From: Candidatus Pacearchaeota archaeon
GTDB lineage: Archaea; Nanobdellota; Nanobdellia; Pacearchaeales; UBA284
Direction of reading: 5' to 3'
Assembly (NCBI GenBank): GCA_049699715.1
Contig: JBNAVB010000002.1
Location: 1-60,573, forward strand
DNA length: 60,573 nt
Positions 1-8,838 of this stretch are shown piece after piece. The translations under genes and the position numbers were made by a program. The notes under the pieces are model-generated. The model did no database searches. It was not told where the DNA came from and was given only the letters and a program-made list of their open reading frames with translations. The number at the start of each line of letters is the position of its first letter. The stretch's first letter is position 1.

Positions 1-23
1 GACATTTTTTTATTTGTTAATAC

Positions 24-41
24 CTCGGGCTTTAGCCCGAG
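24..41. terminator. GC-rich hairpin (stem CTCGGGC/GCCCGAG, 4-nt loop) with flanking T/A runs, 3' of rpl2
   Basis: Inverted repeat read directly at 24-30 and 35-41. A T-rich run follows on the + strand. It lies just beyond the uL2 stop at 82. Confidence 0.3.
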
Positions 42-81
42 TGTTATTTATTTTTGACTAAATCTTTTTTAAAAAATTTAT

Positions 82-789
82 TTACCTCCTCCTTCCCGTC
101 CTTCTTGGCCTTAGTAATCCAACCTTTTTGCCAGCAGGCGCCCATCTTTTTGCGATTTTGCTTTTGATTCTTTTTCCTCTGCCGCTTCCGAAAGGATGAT
201 CTATAGCATTTACTTTTACAGCACTAGTTCTCGGATAAACTCTCCCACCAATGGCTTTAACCATAAATAATCTCTTGCTAGCTTTTACGAGAGGTTTTTC
301 AAGTCTTCCTGAAGCTGCAACAATTCCAATGCTCGCGCGAGCATTAGGATTGAATATCTTCTCTTGTTTTGATGGCAACAATACCGAAATTCCTTGTGGT
401 TCTTTTTTTGTAATTCTTCCAACAATTCCACTTGTTCTAACCAATTTTCCGCCCATGCCTGGAACAGTTTCGATATTGTAGACTAAAGTTCCAATAGGCA
501 ACATCCCTAGAGGAATAATATTCCCCGTTTCTATAGGGACATCTTTTCCAACCATAATCTTTTGACCTTCGTACATTCCTTCTGCAGCGATATTGTAGAA
601 AATTTCATGATTCAATTTTATTTTTACGATAGGCGCGTCATAACAAGGAACATGCATAAGTTTCAAAATTTCTCCAACCCCCTCTGTTTTAGGATATTTC
701 ACACTAATCCTATAGGCCTGTTTTCTTGTCCTGTAAGCTAAACTTCCATGCCCTCTCGCTTGCTGTATGATTGTTTTTCCCATTTTCAA
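82..789 (-). CDS. rpl2: 50S ribosomal protein uL2 (L2P)
   Basis: 235-aa ORF with the archaeal uL2 pattern (QQARGHGS..., DHPFGSGRG = HPxGGG-type motif, basic C-terminus). It is last in an L3-L4-L23-L2 gene order. Confidence 0.93.
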   Translation of the reverse strand: MKMGKTIIQQARGHGSLAYRTRKQAYRISVKYPKTEGVGEILKLMHVPCYDAPIVKIKLNHEIFYNIAAEGMYEGQKIMVGKDVPIETGNIIPLGMLPIGTLVYNIETVPGMGGKLVRTSGIVGRITKKEPQGISVLLPSKQEKIFNPNARASIGIVAASGRLEKPLVKASKRLFMVKAIGGRVYPRTSAVKVNAIDHPFGSGRGKRIKSKIAKRWAPAGKKVGLLRPRRTGRRR

Positions 790-795
790 ACCTAG

Positions 796-1044
796 TTACA
801 TCATCCCTAGTTTAGTTGCAATATCAATTGCAGGTGAATCTTGTTTCAGCTTTATGATTGCAATTTTTTTGTTGTTTCTTATCTGTACATTTATTTTGGA
901 GATCTTTGCCTTGAACATCTCTTTCATCGCCATAGCAATTTGCGCTTTCGTGGCTCTCATATCAACCATAAAACTTATTTTGTTCTCGAGCTCTATTTGT
1001 CTTATTGCTTTCTCTGTGGTGATTGGATTTAGCAAGATTTTCAT
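796..1044 (-). CDS. rpl23: 50S ribosomal protein uL23
   Basis: 82 aa with NPITTEKAIRQIE...KINV signature. Sits between uL4 and uL2. Confidence 0.9.
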   Translation of the reverse strand: MKILLNPITTEKAIRQIELENKISFMVDMRATKAQIAMAMKEMFKAKISKINVQIRNNKKIAIIKLKQDSPAIDIATKLGMM

Positions 1045-1045
1045 T

Positions 1046-1858
1046 TTATTTTCCTCCTACTTTTGTTTCTGTTTCTATTTTCCTGCCCAACTCTTCTATG
1101 GCTTTATCAGTCCACACTATAACTCGGCCAGGCGTGCCGCCGGGCGCAAGTTGTAGGATGTTAAGGGTATTTATTTTTGAGATTTCAACATTGTAGTTCT
1201 CTATTTTCCTGGCATTCTCATCCCTACCTATCACAAGCAAGGTTCTTGACACATTTTTATACTTGCGGTCTCGTCTCTTGCCCTTACCTGCTCTTATTTT
1301 CAATTTTTTTTTCAAATTAGTCTTAGTCAATTTTTCGATAAGGCTTGCTATTTCTTTCGGAGGGCTCTTCAAAACCTGAGAATCTATTACAATTGGCACT
1401 TTTTCTATCTTAAATTTTGGATATTTCTTTTTTAGGACTTCCATGGAAGCTGAGGCCGCTATAGCGCTTTCTATCGCTTTTCTGTTCTCTTTCTTGTTAA
1501 TTTTTATTGTTGCTCGGAAAGGTTTCGGGGGATGGGCCTCTCTTCCGCCGACTGTCCCTGGCACGAATGCGCCAACCCAATAAAATTGTTCGCCTCTTCT
1601 ACTCAAGGTTTTTCTTGGAACCCTTGACATGCCCTTACCATACAAAGTTTTCCATTTCCTCCTCGCATGGCTTTGTTTTCCGCTTGCTGAGACCGTTTTG
1701 CCAGCTAGAATGTATGCTCCATACAACTGCTGCTGTCTTTTTTGCACTGCCAAGAATACTTTACGTATCAAATCCTCTCTTATAGTTGCATTGAAACATT
1801 TAGGTAACAATATTTCTTTAACTTCTTTGCCTTCCATATTAATAATGTGAGTTTTCAT
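1046..1858 (-). CDS. rpl4: 50S ribosomal protein uL4
   Basis: 270 aa, basic, with GKQSHARRKW...GGREAHPPK motifs. Conserved position between uL3 and uL23. Confidence 0.9.
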   Translation of the reverse strand: MKTHIINMEGKEVKEILLPKCFNATIREDLIRKVFLAVQKRQQQLYGAYILAGKTVSASGKQSHARRKWKTLYGKGMSRVPRKTLSRRGEQFYWVGAFVPGTVGGREAHPPKPFRATIKINKKENRKAIESAIAASASMEVLKKKYPKFKIEKVPIVIDSQVLKSPPKEIASLIEKLTKTNLKKKLKIRAGKGKRRDRKYKNVSRTLLVIGRDENARKIENYNVEISKINTLNILQLAPGGTPGRVIVWTDKAIEELGRKIETETKVGGK

Positions 1859-1885
1859 TTCCTGTTCTTTTTTTTACGTTGATTT

Positions 1886-2857
1886 TTATTTAAGTATATT
1901 TATTATCTCGAAATTTTCTTTTGCTGTCCTTTTTGTTTCTCGCAACGGCATTGTGACTAGTAACTGTCTTTTTGGTGGTCCTTGGACAGAGCCTTTCAAT
2001 GCAGCATAAGTACTTTTTATCTTACCATAATACAAAAATTCCAGAGGCACCTTACTTGCATTGCCAATGTCCAACAACATTGAGTTATATTTGGTCCGTG
2101 TAAAAAAACCATGCTGTCCAGCCATCGCTACGCGAAAAGTGACTCTTGCGGGATGCCATGGTCCCAGGGTTCCTGGGCGTCTTCTACCCTTCTCAGCTTT
2201 GTGGCTCCTCAACCCTATACCCAATCTTTTTATTGGGCCGGTAAATCCATGCCCCTTTGTCACCCCATGGATATCCAGGAGCTGTCCTTTCGTAAAAATC
2301 TCAACAGCCTCAATGTTTTTGTTTAAATGTTCTTTGATCCAATTGAATTTATCCCTGATGCTACCGCCTAATCCAATCTCAACAATATCCGGAGTTTTCT
2401 TGATGCCTGTTTGTTTGACAGCATTGTAAACTATGACTCTTATATCATTGAACTCATCCAAGTTGGATTCAAATTCCGCCAATATTTCAGAAGCTTTTCT
2501 CCCTCCTTTTGGCAGCTTAAATTTATGTTTTAATTCCTTGTCTGGACTGTCAGCAAGGACCTCTTTGAAAACTTTATTATCTTTGTAGAATCTGACAGAA
2601 AAAATCCTCATGGAAGGGCATTCAAGAACTGTTAACGGAACAATAATTTGTTTATTTTTTGTCATAGAATCAGGAGTCAAGTCACGAGAAAGAGCTCTAG
2701 CCATTCCTACCTTATAGCAAATAAATCCTAACAAACCCTTTTTATCCTTATATTTTTCTCCGAGAACTCGCCAGTTCGCACTAGGTAGAAGCCTAGCCGC
2801 TCGCTTCCGCGGCCAATATTGTAACGATCCTGCTCGTGGTTTGTATATCTTTGGCAT
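1886..2857 (-). CDS. rpl3: 50S ribosomal protein uL3
   Basis: 323 aa with PRAGSLQYWPRKRA N-terminus and HGVTKGHGFTGPIKR motif. First gene of the cluster. Confidence 0.93.
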   Translation of the reverse strand: MPKIYKPRAGSLQYWPRKRAARLLPSANWRVLGEKYKDKKGLLGFICYKVGMARALSRDLTPDSMTKNKQIIVPLTVLECPSMRIFSVRFYKDNKVFKEVLADSPDKELKHKFKLPKGGRKASEILAEFESNLDEFNDIRVIVYNAVKQTGIKKTPDIVEIGLGGSIRDKFNWIKEHLNKNIEAVEIFTKGQLLDIHGVTKGHGFTGPIKRLGIGLRSHKAEKGRRRPGTLGPWHPARVTFRVAMAGQHGFFTRTKYNSMLLDIGNASKVPLEFLYYGKIKSTYAALKGSVQGPPKRQLLVTMPLRETKRTAKENFEIINILK

Positions 2858-2960
2858 TTCTTACATTAGCATTTCTTATATTAGGAATATTTACAGTTTT
2901 ATCTGACATTTTCTACCCTTTATGAACCCTGAACCTATAATCCTTATCTAAGGGTAATTT

Positions 2961-2983
2961 ATAAAGCTTACTGTAAGCTTTAT
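2961..2983. promoter_or_regulatory. Perfect 11-bp-arm palindrome ATAAAGCTTAC-T-GTAAGCTTTAT overlapping a TTTATAAA-type box, upstream of rpl3
   Basis: Read directly. On the minus strand the palindrome runs into CTTTATAAATT, about 100 nt upstream of the rpl3 ATG. Confidence 0.35.
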
Positions 2984-2998
2984 CCAGATTTTGTATAT

Positions 2999-3673
2999 TT
3001 AAGCGACGAATTCCTTTTCCTTGACTATCTCTTTGCTATCAACGATAATCTTTCTCACGATGGTTCCTTTCCTCTTAGCCAATATCCTTATTTTCTCGAA
3101 ATCTTTCTCGCCTTGCGGCATGATTATATCTTTAATTATGTAAGTGTGCTCGATTCTTGCTTTTTTGAATTCCTGTGGCAAGTCGAATAAAAACTCTTTA
3201 TGAACCTGCGACGAGAATTTCTTATCCAACTCGAGCACGCAAAATTTGTCATTTACTTTCCCTTCTCCGCTTTTGCTTGGCTTTGGCAGCGTCTTTTTAA
3301 TCTTTAAAGAGACTCCAGGCATATTACAATCAAGAAGAGTTGCATAAGATTTTGCTGCCAATTCTTTTAATTCTATATTGCTCATCTCTTTCTGTATTTC
3401 ACATGCCAAAATTCCTGCTTTTTTCCTGAACTCAAAACCTTCCATTTTATCTTTGCTCAAAACAATCCCGCTCACCGAAAATCTTGGGGCTAAAGTCGCT
3501 ATAAACTCTACAAAGTCATTGGCCAACTCGAAAGTTGAGCTTATCTTAATTTTGTCCGTTTGTCTTGTAACATTCATTATTGCTCTCAAGCCATAAGTCC
3601 CCTTACCAAATCTTACAAACTGTTTATGTACAGTTTCATCAATTTTATTTTCAAACAATTTTTTTATGAACAT
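2999..3673 (-). CDS. hypothetical protein (224 aa) upstream of the r-protein cluster
   Basis: Long ORF with coding-like composition. I recognise no family. Confidence 0.6.
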   Translation of the reverse strand: MFIKKLFENKIDETVHKQFVRFGKGTYGLRAIMNVTRQTDKIKISSTFELANDFVEFIATLAPRFSVSGIVLSKDKMEGFEFRKKAGILACEIQKEMSNIELKELAAKSYATLLDCNMPGVSLKIKKTLPKPSKSGEGKVNDKFCVLELDKKFSSQVHKEFLFDLPQEFKKARIEHTYIIKDIIMPQGEKDFEKIRILAKRKGTIVRKIIVDSKEIVKEKEFVA

Positions 3674-3707
3674 TTTTCCCTTGTTTTTCCTTTATTTTTC
3701 ACTTGAA

Positions 3708-3780
3708 TGGGCCTGCCTGGGATCGAACCAGGGATCTTCTCCGTGTAAGGGAGACGTCTTAACCACTGGACCACAGGCCC
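3708..3780 (-). tRNA. tRNA-Val (anticodon UAC)
   Basis: Reverse complement is GGGCCTGTGGTCCAGTGGTTAAGACGTCTCCCTTACACGGAGAAGATCCCTGGTTCGATCCCAGGCAGGCCCA. It forms a full cloverleaf with anticodon loop CTTACAC. No CCA is encoded. Confidence 0.9.
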
Positions 3781-3848
3781 TATTGCTTTTGCAGCTTTGT
3801 GTTAAAAAGAGCCAAAGCTTTAAAAAGGTTTTCGCCCTTTTTTTATCC

Positions 3849-5684
3849 ATGGCAAAATACAAGACAGAGAAGCCAAAATCCGAAGAAAAAACCAAAACTA
3901 AAGGACAAGAAACTGAAGAAAAATATCAGTTAAAATCTCCTGAACAGCTTGAGAAAGAGATTCCCGAAGAAGTCAAGAAAGAGATAGAAAGAATTAGAGA
4001 ACAACTCAAGGAGTTCAAGAAAAATATAACAAAGAAGTTCCCTTCTATCGCAGCCATAGGCATCTTGCCACCGCCAGCCTCTCCATTAATCGAAGAGGAA
4101 GAAGAAGTCCCACGGCAGAAAGATGAGAAAATTATACATCTCATAGTCATTGTGCCAGAAGAAAAATCTAAAGACATAGACAAAATCAAGCTCGAGAGCA
4201 TTAAGCTAGTTCAAGCGCTCAAGCCGAAGATTTGGCTGCATGTCAAAAGCATGAAGCAATTATGGGAGCTATGTTTCGATGGCAAGTATACCCTTATTGA
4301 GGCAATTGCGATGGCATTCCCGCTTCATGACAAAGGAATTCTTGGCGCGCTGCGTGCGGCATCAATACACAAAACCCTTGTATTAAAAAAATTCGAGAGA
4401 TATGTCGTGAGCTATGTTCTTGCTGGTTCGCTCGTGAGAGAAGAGGCAAGCAAAACAAGCGATGTTGATGTGTTCATAGTTATTGATGATACTGACGTCA
4501 AGAGGATGAGCAGATATGAGCTCAGAGAAAAACTCAGAGCAATAATCTATAGCTACACCATCGAAGCTTCTGAGCTCGCCGGAGTAAAAAACAAGCTCAA
4601 TGTTCAGGTGTATATCCTGACAGAATTCTGGGAAGCTGTCAAAGATGCCCACCCAGTAATTTTTACTTTTATCAGAGATGGCGTTCCTCTATATGACAGG
4701 GGTGCTTTCATGCCATGGAAACTTCTTCTGAAAATGGGTAAAATCAAGCCGAGTCCTGAAGCGATTGACATGTTCATGAGCCTCGGTGAGAGAGTTTCGG
4801 AAAACGTGAAGAGGAAGATGAATGATATTGTCACAGAAGATATTTATTGGGGTGTTATAACTCCTAGTCAAGCCCTCATAATGCTTTATGGCTTGCCCCC
4901 TCCAACACCAAAAGAAATCCAACAAGGAATCTTTAGGAAAATTTTCGTAGAAAAAGAAAAGCTTCTCGAACCTAAATATGCGGATATCTTAGAAAGAATA
5001 GTAAATATTTACAAAAAGTATGAGCATGAAGAGATAAAGACTATCTCTGGTAAAGAGATAGACTCTCTTCTAGAAGCTTCTTCTGAATACATCTCAAGGC
5101 TTAAGGAATTGATGAAACAGATAGAGGAAAAAAAAGCAGAAGAAGAGGTACTGCAGCACTACGACACAGTCATAGACCTAATAAAGAAAATTATAGGTGA
5201 AGGTTCTGAAACCACCCTCCTTATAAAATTTGAGAAAGAGCTGGTTGCAAAAGCAAGAATTTCTTCAAGAAATCTTGCATTGTTCAAGGAGATAATCGAA
5301 GCGAAGAAAAAATACAAGAAAAACAAGCTAACAAAACATGATATCGTATCTGTGACAAGGGCTGCTCATGAGCTGATTTCTGCTTTACTCGAATATTCAC
5401 AACGCCGTGAGATCCTTGAGCTTAAAAAATCAAGGATAGAGCTTATCTACAAGGAAGGTAAAGAATCAAAGCGCGCCGAGCTGTTCGTGTTTGAGGGTAC
5501 AGCATTTATCGTGCCTGATATGGCAAAGGATGAAATCAAGAAATTCAGTGAAGGTAAGATAACTGAAGCAAGCAAAGACGAGCTCAAAGAATGGCTCGCA
5601 AAAGGCGAAGGGGAGAAAAAGATAAGCAAAGAGCTTATGACTTATCTAAAACACACATTTGGCGAGTTCGAGTTAATTTTTTAA
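3849..5684 (+). CDS. large nucleotidyltransferase-domain protein (611 aa) with K/E-rich N-terminus and long helical C-terminal region
   Basis: Pol-beta-type NTase signature GSLVREEASKTSDVDVFIVIDD. Start moved to ATG 3849 because the ORF-track start (3666) runs through tRNA-Val. Confidence 0.7.
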   Translation: MAKYKTEKPKSEEKTKTKGQETEEKYQLKSPEQLEKEIPEEVKKEIERIREQLKEFKKNITKKFPSIAAIGILPPPASPLIEEEEEVPRQKDEKIIHLIVIVPEEKSKDIDKIKLESIKLVQALKPKIWLHVKSMKQLWELCFDGKYTLIEAIAMAFPLHDKGILGALRAASIHKTLVLKKFERYVVSYVLAGSLVREEASKTSDVDVFIVIDDTDVKRMSRYELREKLRAIIYSYTIEASELAGVKNKLNVQVYILTEFWEAVKDAHPVIFTFIRDGVPLYDRGAFMPWKLLLKMGKIKPSPEAIDMFMSLGERVSENVKRKMNDIVTEDIYWGVITPSQALIMLYGLPPPTPKEIQQGIFRKIFVEKEKLLEPKYADILERIVNIYKKYEHEEIKTISGKEIDSLLEASSEYISRLKELMKQIEEKKAEEEVLQHYDTVIDLIKKIIGEGSETTLLIKFEKELVAKARISSRNLALFKEIIEAKKKYKKNKLTKHDIVSVTRAAHELISALLEYSQRREILELKKSRIELIYKEGKESKRAELFVFEGTAFIVPDMAKDEIKKFSEGKITEASKDELKEWLAKGEGEKKISKELMTYLKHTFGEFELIF

Positions 5685-5729
5685 AGGCTCTTTTGTATAA
5701 ATTCACGTTCAGAAACTCAAAACATTAAA

Positions 5730-5987
5730 ATGAAAGCCCAAGTTATATTGTTCAGAAGAGGAAGGCACAGAATCAAGCCAAGGCACTTTCTTTTACAAGT
5801 ATCGGGAATAGAGAATAAGGCAAGAGCACAAGCACTCTTAAATAAAACAGTTTTATGGAAAAGTCCTGCAGGAAAAGAGATTAAAGGAACGATTACGGCT
5901 TCTCATGGTAATAAAGGTTTAGTTCGAGCAGTGTTTGAAAAAGGTTTGCCAGGACAAGCAATAAACACAGAAGTCGAAATTAAATAA
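5730..5987 (+). CDS. rpl35ae: 50S ribosomal protein eL33 (L35Ae)
   Basis: 85 aa with ...GTITASHGNKGLVRAVFEKGLPGQA..., the typical L35Ae C-terminal pattern. Confidence 0.85.
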   Translation: MKAQVILFRRGRHRIKPRHFLLQVSGIENKARAQALLNKTVLWKSPAGKEIKGTITASHGNKGLVRAVFEKGLPGQAINTEVEIK

Positions 5988-6012
5988 ATTAAACAATTCA
6001 AGAAAAGTTAAG

Positions 6013-6702
6013 ATGGAAATCAAATTATTGGTAGAAGGTGGAGAGATGAAGCCAGGCCCTGCATTAAGTCAAAAAATTGGGCCATTAGGATTAAATCTCG
6101 GGAAGATAATAAGTGATGTTAACAGAGCCACTGCGGATTTCAAAGGAATTAAAGTTCCTATAACTTTGAATATCAACACAAAAACCAAAGAGGTTTCTGT
6201 GAAAGTTTCAACGCCTCCAACTTCCGAGTTGTTAAAAAAAGAATTTGCAATACAGAAGGGCTCGCCTCAGCCAAACAACATCAAAGTGGCCAATGCAGCC
6301 ATGGAACATATAATCAAGATAGCAAAAATAAAGCAGCCCGATATGTTAGTCGATAGCTTTAAGGCTGCTGTCAAGTCAGTTGTTGGCTCATGCAATAGCA
6401 TAGGAATTCTTGTCGAGAGCAAAGAGCCTAAAATAGTGATGGAAGAAATTGATAAGGGTATTTATAATTCAATCATAGACAAAGGCAATGAGATACCCTC
6501 AAAAGAAAAGCTCGAAAAATTGGCGAAGGATTTTGAGATTGTGAAGAAAAAACAGGAAGCTTTCATTAAAGAATTAGAGAAGAAAGCAGAAGAGAAGGCA
6601 GCCGCAACTGCCCGCGCGGCAGCAGGGGCAGTCACAGCAGAAGGCGCAGCTCCATCCATAGGAACAACAACTCCTGCAAAAGCAGAGGAAAAGAAAAAAT
6701 AA
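6013..6702 (+). CDS. rpl11: 50S ribosomal protein uL11 with about 70-aa C-terminal extension
   Basis: N-terminal roughly 155 aa is canonical uL11 (GGEMKPGPALSQKIGPLGLN..., STPPTSELLKKE). The tail is coiled-coil plus Ala-rich plus EEKKK. Confidence 0.9.
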   Translation: MEIKLLVEGGEMKPGPALSQKIGPLGLNLGKIISDVNRATADFKGIKVPITLNINTKTKEVSVKVSTPPTSELLKKEFAIQKGSPQPNNIKVANAAMEHIIKIAKIKQPDMLVDSFKAAVKSVVGSCNSIGILVESKEPKIVMEEIDKGIYNSIIDKGNEIPSKEKLEKLAKDFEIVKKKQEAFIKELEKKAEEKAAATARAAAGAVTAEGAAPSIGTTTPAKAEEKKK

Positions 6703-6755
6703 TCCCGATAAAACATTTAAATATCAAAAACTATTGCCCTTAGCAGGAACAGCAA

Positions 6756-6830
6756 GGGGCTGTAGTATAGCTTGGTTTAGTATCCGAGTCTTGGGCACTC
6801 GTGGCCCCGGTTCAAATCCGGGCAGCCCCA
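6756..6830 (+). tRNA. tRNA-Pro (anticodon UGG)
   Basis: GGGGCTG...CGAGT-CTTGGGC-ACTCG...CCCGG-TTCAAAT-CCGGG-CAGCCCC-A. The cloverleaf checked by hand is 75 nt. Confidence 0.9.
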
Positions 6831-6872
6831 TTATCACATAATTCAACCAAAGAATCAAAATAAACAATAAAG

Positions 6873-7091
6873 ATGACAAGAACGAGAAAAGTAGGAGTTG
6901 CAGGCAAGTTCGGAGCGCGCTATGGCTCTACAATCAGAGAAAAATATAATGCAATAGCCTCAAAACAAGTGAGAAAACAGCAATGTCCTTACTGCAAAAA
7001 ATTTAGCGCCAAAAGAACTTCAAAGGGAGTATGGCATTGCAAAGCTTGCCAGAAGAATTTCGCAGCTCACGCTTATTATCTCAATAAATAA
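6873..7091 (+). CDS. rpl37ae: 50S ribosomal protein eL43 (L37Ae)
   Basis: 72 aa with KVGVAGKFGARYG and a CPYC...CKAC zinc ribbon. Confidence 0.9.
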   Translation: MTRTRKVGVAGKFGARYGSTIREKYNAIASKQVRKQQCPYCKKFSAKRTSKGVWHCKACQKNFAAHAYYLNK

Positions 7092-7093
7092 AA

Positions 7094-7231
7094 ATGGTAA
7101 ATTACAAATGCTTTTTTTGTGGGAAGCAGATATCAGTCAAGCAGCTGAAATCCAGATTCCTGTGCCCTTATTGTGGCTCGAAGATTTTTTTCAAGCCACG
7201 AACATTGGTCAAGAAAGTAAAAGCGGTATAA
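7094..7231 (+). CDS. rpoP: DNA-directed RNA polymerase subunit P (Rpo12)
   Basis: 45-aa ORF not in the track: MVNYKCFFCGKQISVKQLKSRFLCPYCGSKIFFKPRTLVKKVKAV. It has a CxxC...CxxC zinc ribbon and the conserved position right after rpl37ae. Confidence 0.8.
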   Translation: MVNYKCFFCGKQISVKQLKSRFLCPYCGSKIFFKPRTLVKKVKAV

Positions 7232-7284
7232 CTTTGTATGGCTTTTGCTTCACATAAACTGCTTTAAATGTCAAAATTTTAAAA

Positions 7285-7653
7285 ATGGTTAGAAAAGTAA
7301 AAGAAGAAAAAAAGAAAGAAATACAGGAATCAGCAGAAGGCACAAGTTTGGCGCAGTTGCAGATTTCTGAACAGGCCCTGCAGAACTTACTTTTGCAGAA
7401 ACAAGTGTTTCAATTTGAATTCGTAGAAACAAATAATGCTTTGGAGGAACTTAAAAAGACAAACCAAGAGGAAGTTTTCAAAATTGTAGGATCATTGATG
7501 ATAAAAGCCAATAAGTCAGATCTTGAAAAAGAGCTGGAAAGGAAGAAAGATATAATCAATTTGAGACTCAAGGCCATAGAGAAACAAGAAACTGAACTTA
7601 AGAATAAACTTCTCAGGCATCGAGATGCCCTTCTAAAGCAGATTAAGGAGTAA
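7285..7653 (+). CDS. pfdB: prefoldin beta subunit
   Basis: 122-aa two-helix coiled coil with a central beta-hairpin region (VFKIVGSLMIKANK). Archaeal rpl37ae-rpoP-pfdB neighbourhood. Confidence 0.8.
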   Translation: MVRKVKEEKKKEIQESAEGTSLAQLQISEQALQNLLLQKQVFQFEFVETNNALEELKKTNQEEVFKIVGSLMIKANKSDLEKELERKKDIINLRLKAIEKQETELKNKLLRHRDALLKQIKE

Positions 7654-7774
7654 CCGAGGGCATTATTAACGATAGATTAAGCATAATCGACTGCTTTTTA
7701 ATATATATAAAATACCAACAAAAAATTTATAAACTGAAAGCAGTTCATTAAAATCATAAAAGGGTCAATTTAAA

Positions 7775-8155
7775 ATGGGATTATTCAAAAAAGTGTTTGG
7801 TGGCGGCGGACAGCCAGCAGAAACTCCGGATTACATCGAAGTTGATGTAGGTAAAGAAGAGGCCAAAAAGATGAAAATCGTTGTGAGGCCCTTTGTTCTT
7901 AAGACTTTCGACGATGTGAATAAGATCTTAGAAATCTTGAGAGAAGGCTACACAATTGCATTGATTGACATCAAACCATTAAAACAAAAAGACATCAGTG
8001 AGCTTAAACGCGCAGTGTCAAAGCTTAAGAAAACAGTCGATGCTTTAGAAGGCAACATTGCAGGTTTCGGCGAAAACACGATTGTAGCGACTCCTTCCTT
8101 TGTTGAAGTATACAAAGGTGAGTCAACACAACAACCTACAACATTGCAGATGTAA
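7775..8155 (+). CDS. sepF: SepF-like cell-division protein
   Basis: 126 aa. It has an N-terminal amphipathic MGLFKKVFGG membrane-targeting helix and a DUF552-like core (IVVRPFVLKTFDDVNKILEILREGYTIALIDI...RAV..L). Confidence 0.65.
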   Translation: MGLFKKVFGGGGQPAETPDYIEVDVGKEEAKKMKIVVRPFVLKTFDDVNKILEILREGYTIALIDIKPLKQKDISELKRAVSKLKKTVDALEGNIAGFGENTIVATPSFVEVYKGESTQQPTTLQM

Positions 8156-8176
8156 TCAAAACAAGTCGCTAAACAA

Positions 8177-8821
8177 ATGAAATACATATGTGTTACCGCA
8201 ACTTCCTCTATTTCTTTTTCCTTTAATAAAATCAAGTTAGTACAGCTTCCGAAGTCTATTGGGTTAATAGCCCCTGTCCAGTTCATCAACACTTTGCCAA
8301 AATTAAAGCAATTCTTAGAATCTCATGGCAAAAATGTGATGATAGGTGGCAATGGCCAAGTTCTAGGTTGTAACACAACAAATGCAACGAGCCTTCAAGA
8401 CAAGGTTCAAGCTTTTCTTTACATTGGCTCTGGCAAATTTCATCCTCTCGCTATTGCCATTTCATTAAAAAAGCCCAAGCCAATTTTTGTTTACAATCCA
8501 AATACAGACGAGTTCTCACGTTTAAATGAAAAAGAAATCCGTTCAGTGTTGGCAAAAAAAAGGACAGCAAAAATCAAGTTTCTTTCAGCAAAAACTATTG
8601 GTATTTTGGTTTCAACAAAACCTGGCCAAAATAAACTAAAAGAAGCAGAAGAGATCAAGAGAAAACTTCAAAAACAAGGCAAGAAATGCTATATTTTTCT
8701 TTTTGACAATTTTGATATAAACCAAATAGAAAACTTTCCTAAAACTGAATGTTGGATAAATAGCGCATGTCCTGGCCTAAGCATGGAACATCCATTTATA
8801 TGGATTGATGATATAAAATGA
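8177..8821 (+). CDS. dph2: Dph2-like diphthamide synthesis radical-SAM enzyme, N-terminally short (214 aa)
   Basis: Motifs GQVLGC, YIGSGKFHPLAIA and NSACPG match the middle and C-terminal Dph2 domains. There is no room upstream for the first domain. Confidence 0.65.
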   Translation: MKYICVTATSSISFSFNKIKLVQLPKSIGLIAPVQFINTLPKLKQFLESHGKNVMIGGNGQVLGCNTTNATSLQDKVQAFLYIGSGKFHPLAIAISLKKPKPIFVYNPNTDEFSRLNEKEIRSVLAKKRTAKIKFLSAKTIGILVSTKPGQNKLKEAEEIKRKLQKQGKKCYIFLFDNFDINQIENFPKTECWINSACPGLSMEHPFIWIDDIK

Positions 8822-8838
8822 TCGATGGTGTGGATAAA

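Noticed and set aside
3666-3848. N-terminal 61 codons of the 672-aa track ORF
   Set aside because: This stretch runs antisense through tRNA-Val (3708-3780) and is hydrophobic junk. A good ATG at 3849 begins the K/E-rich real protein.
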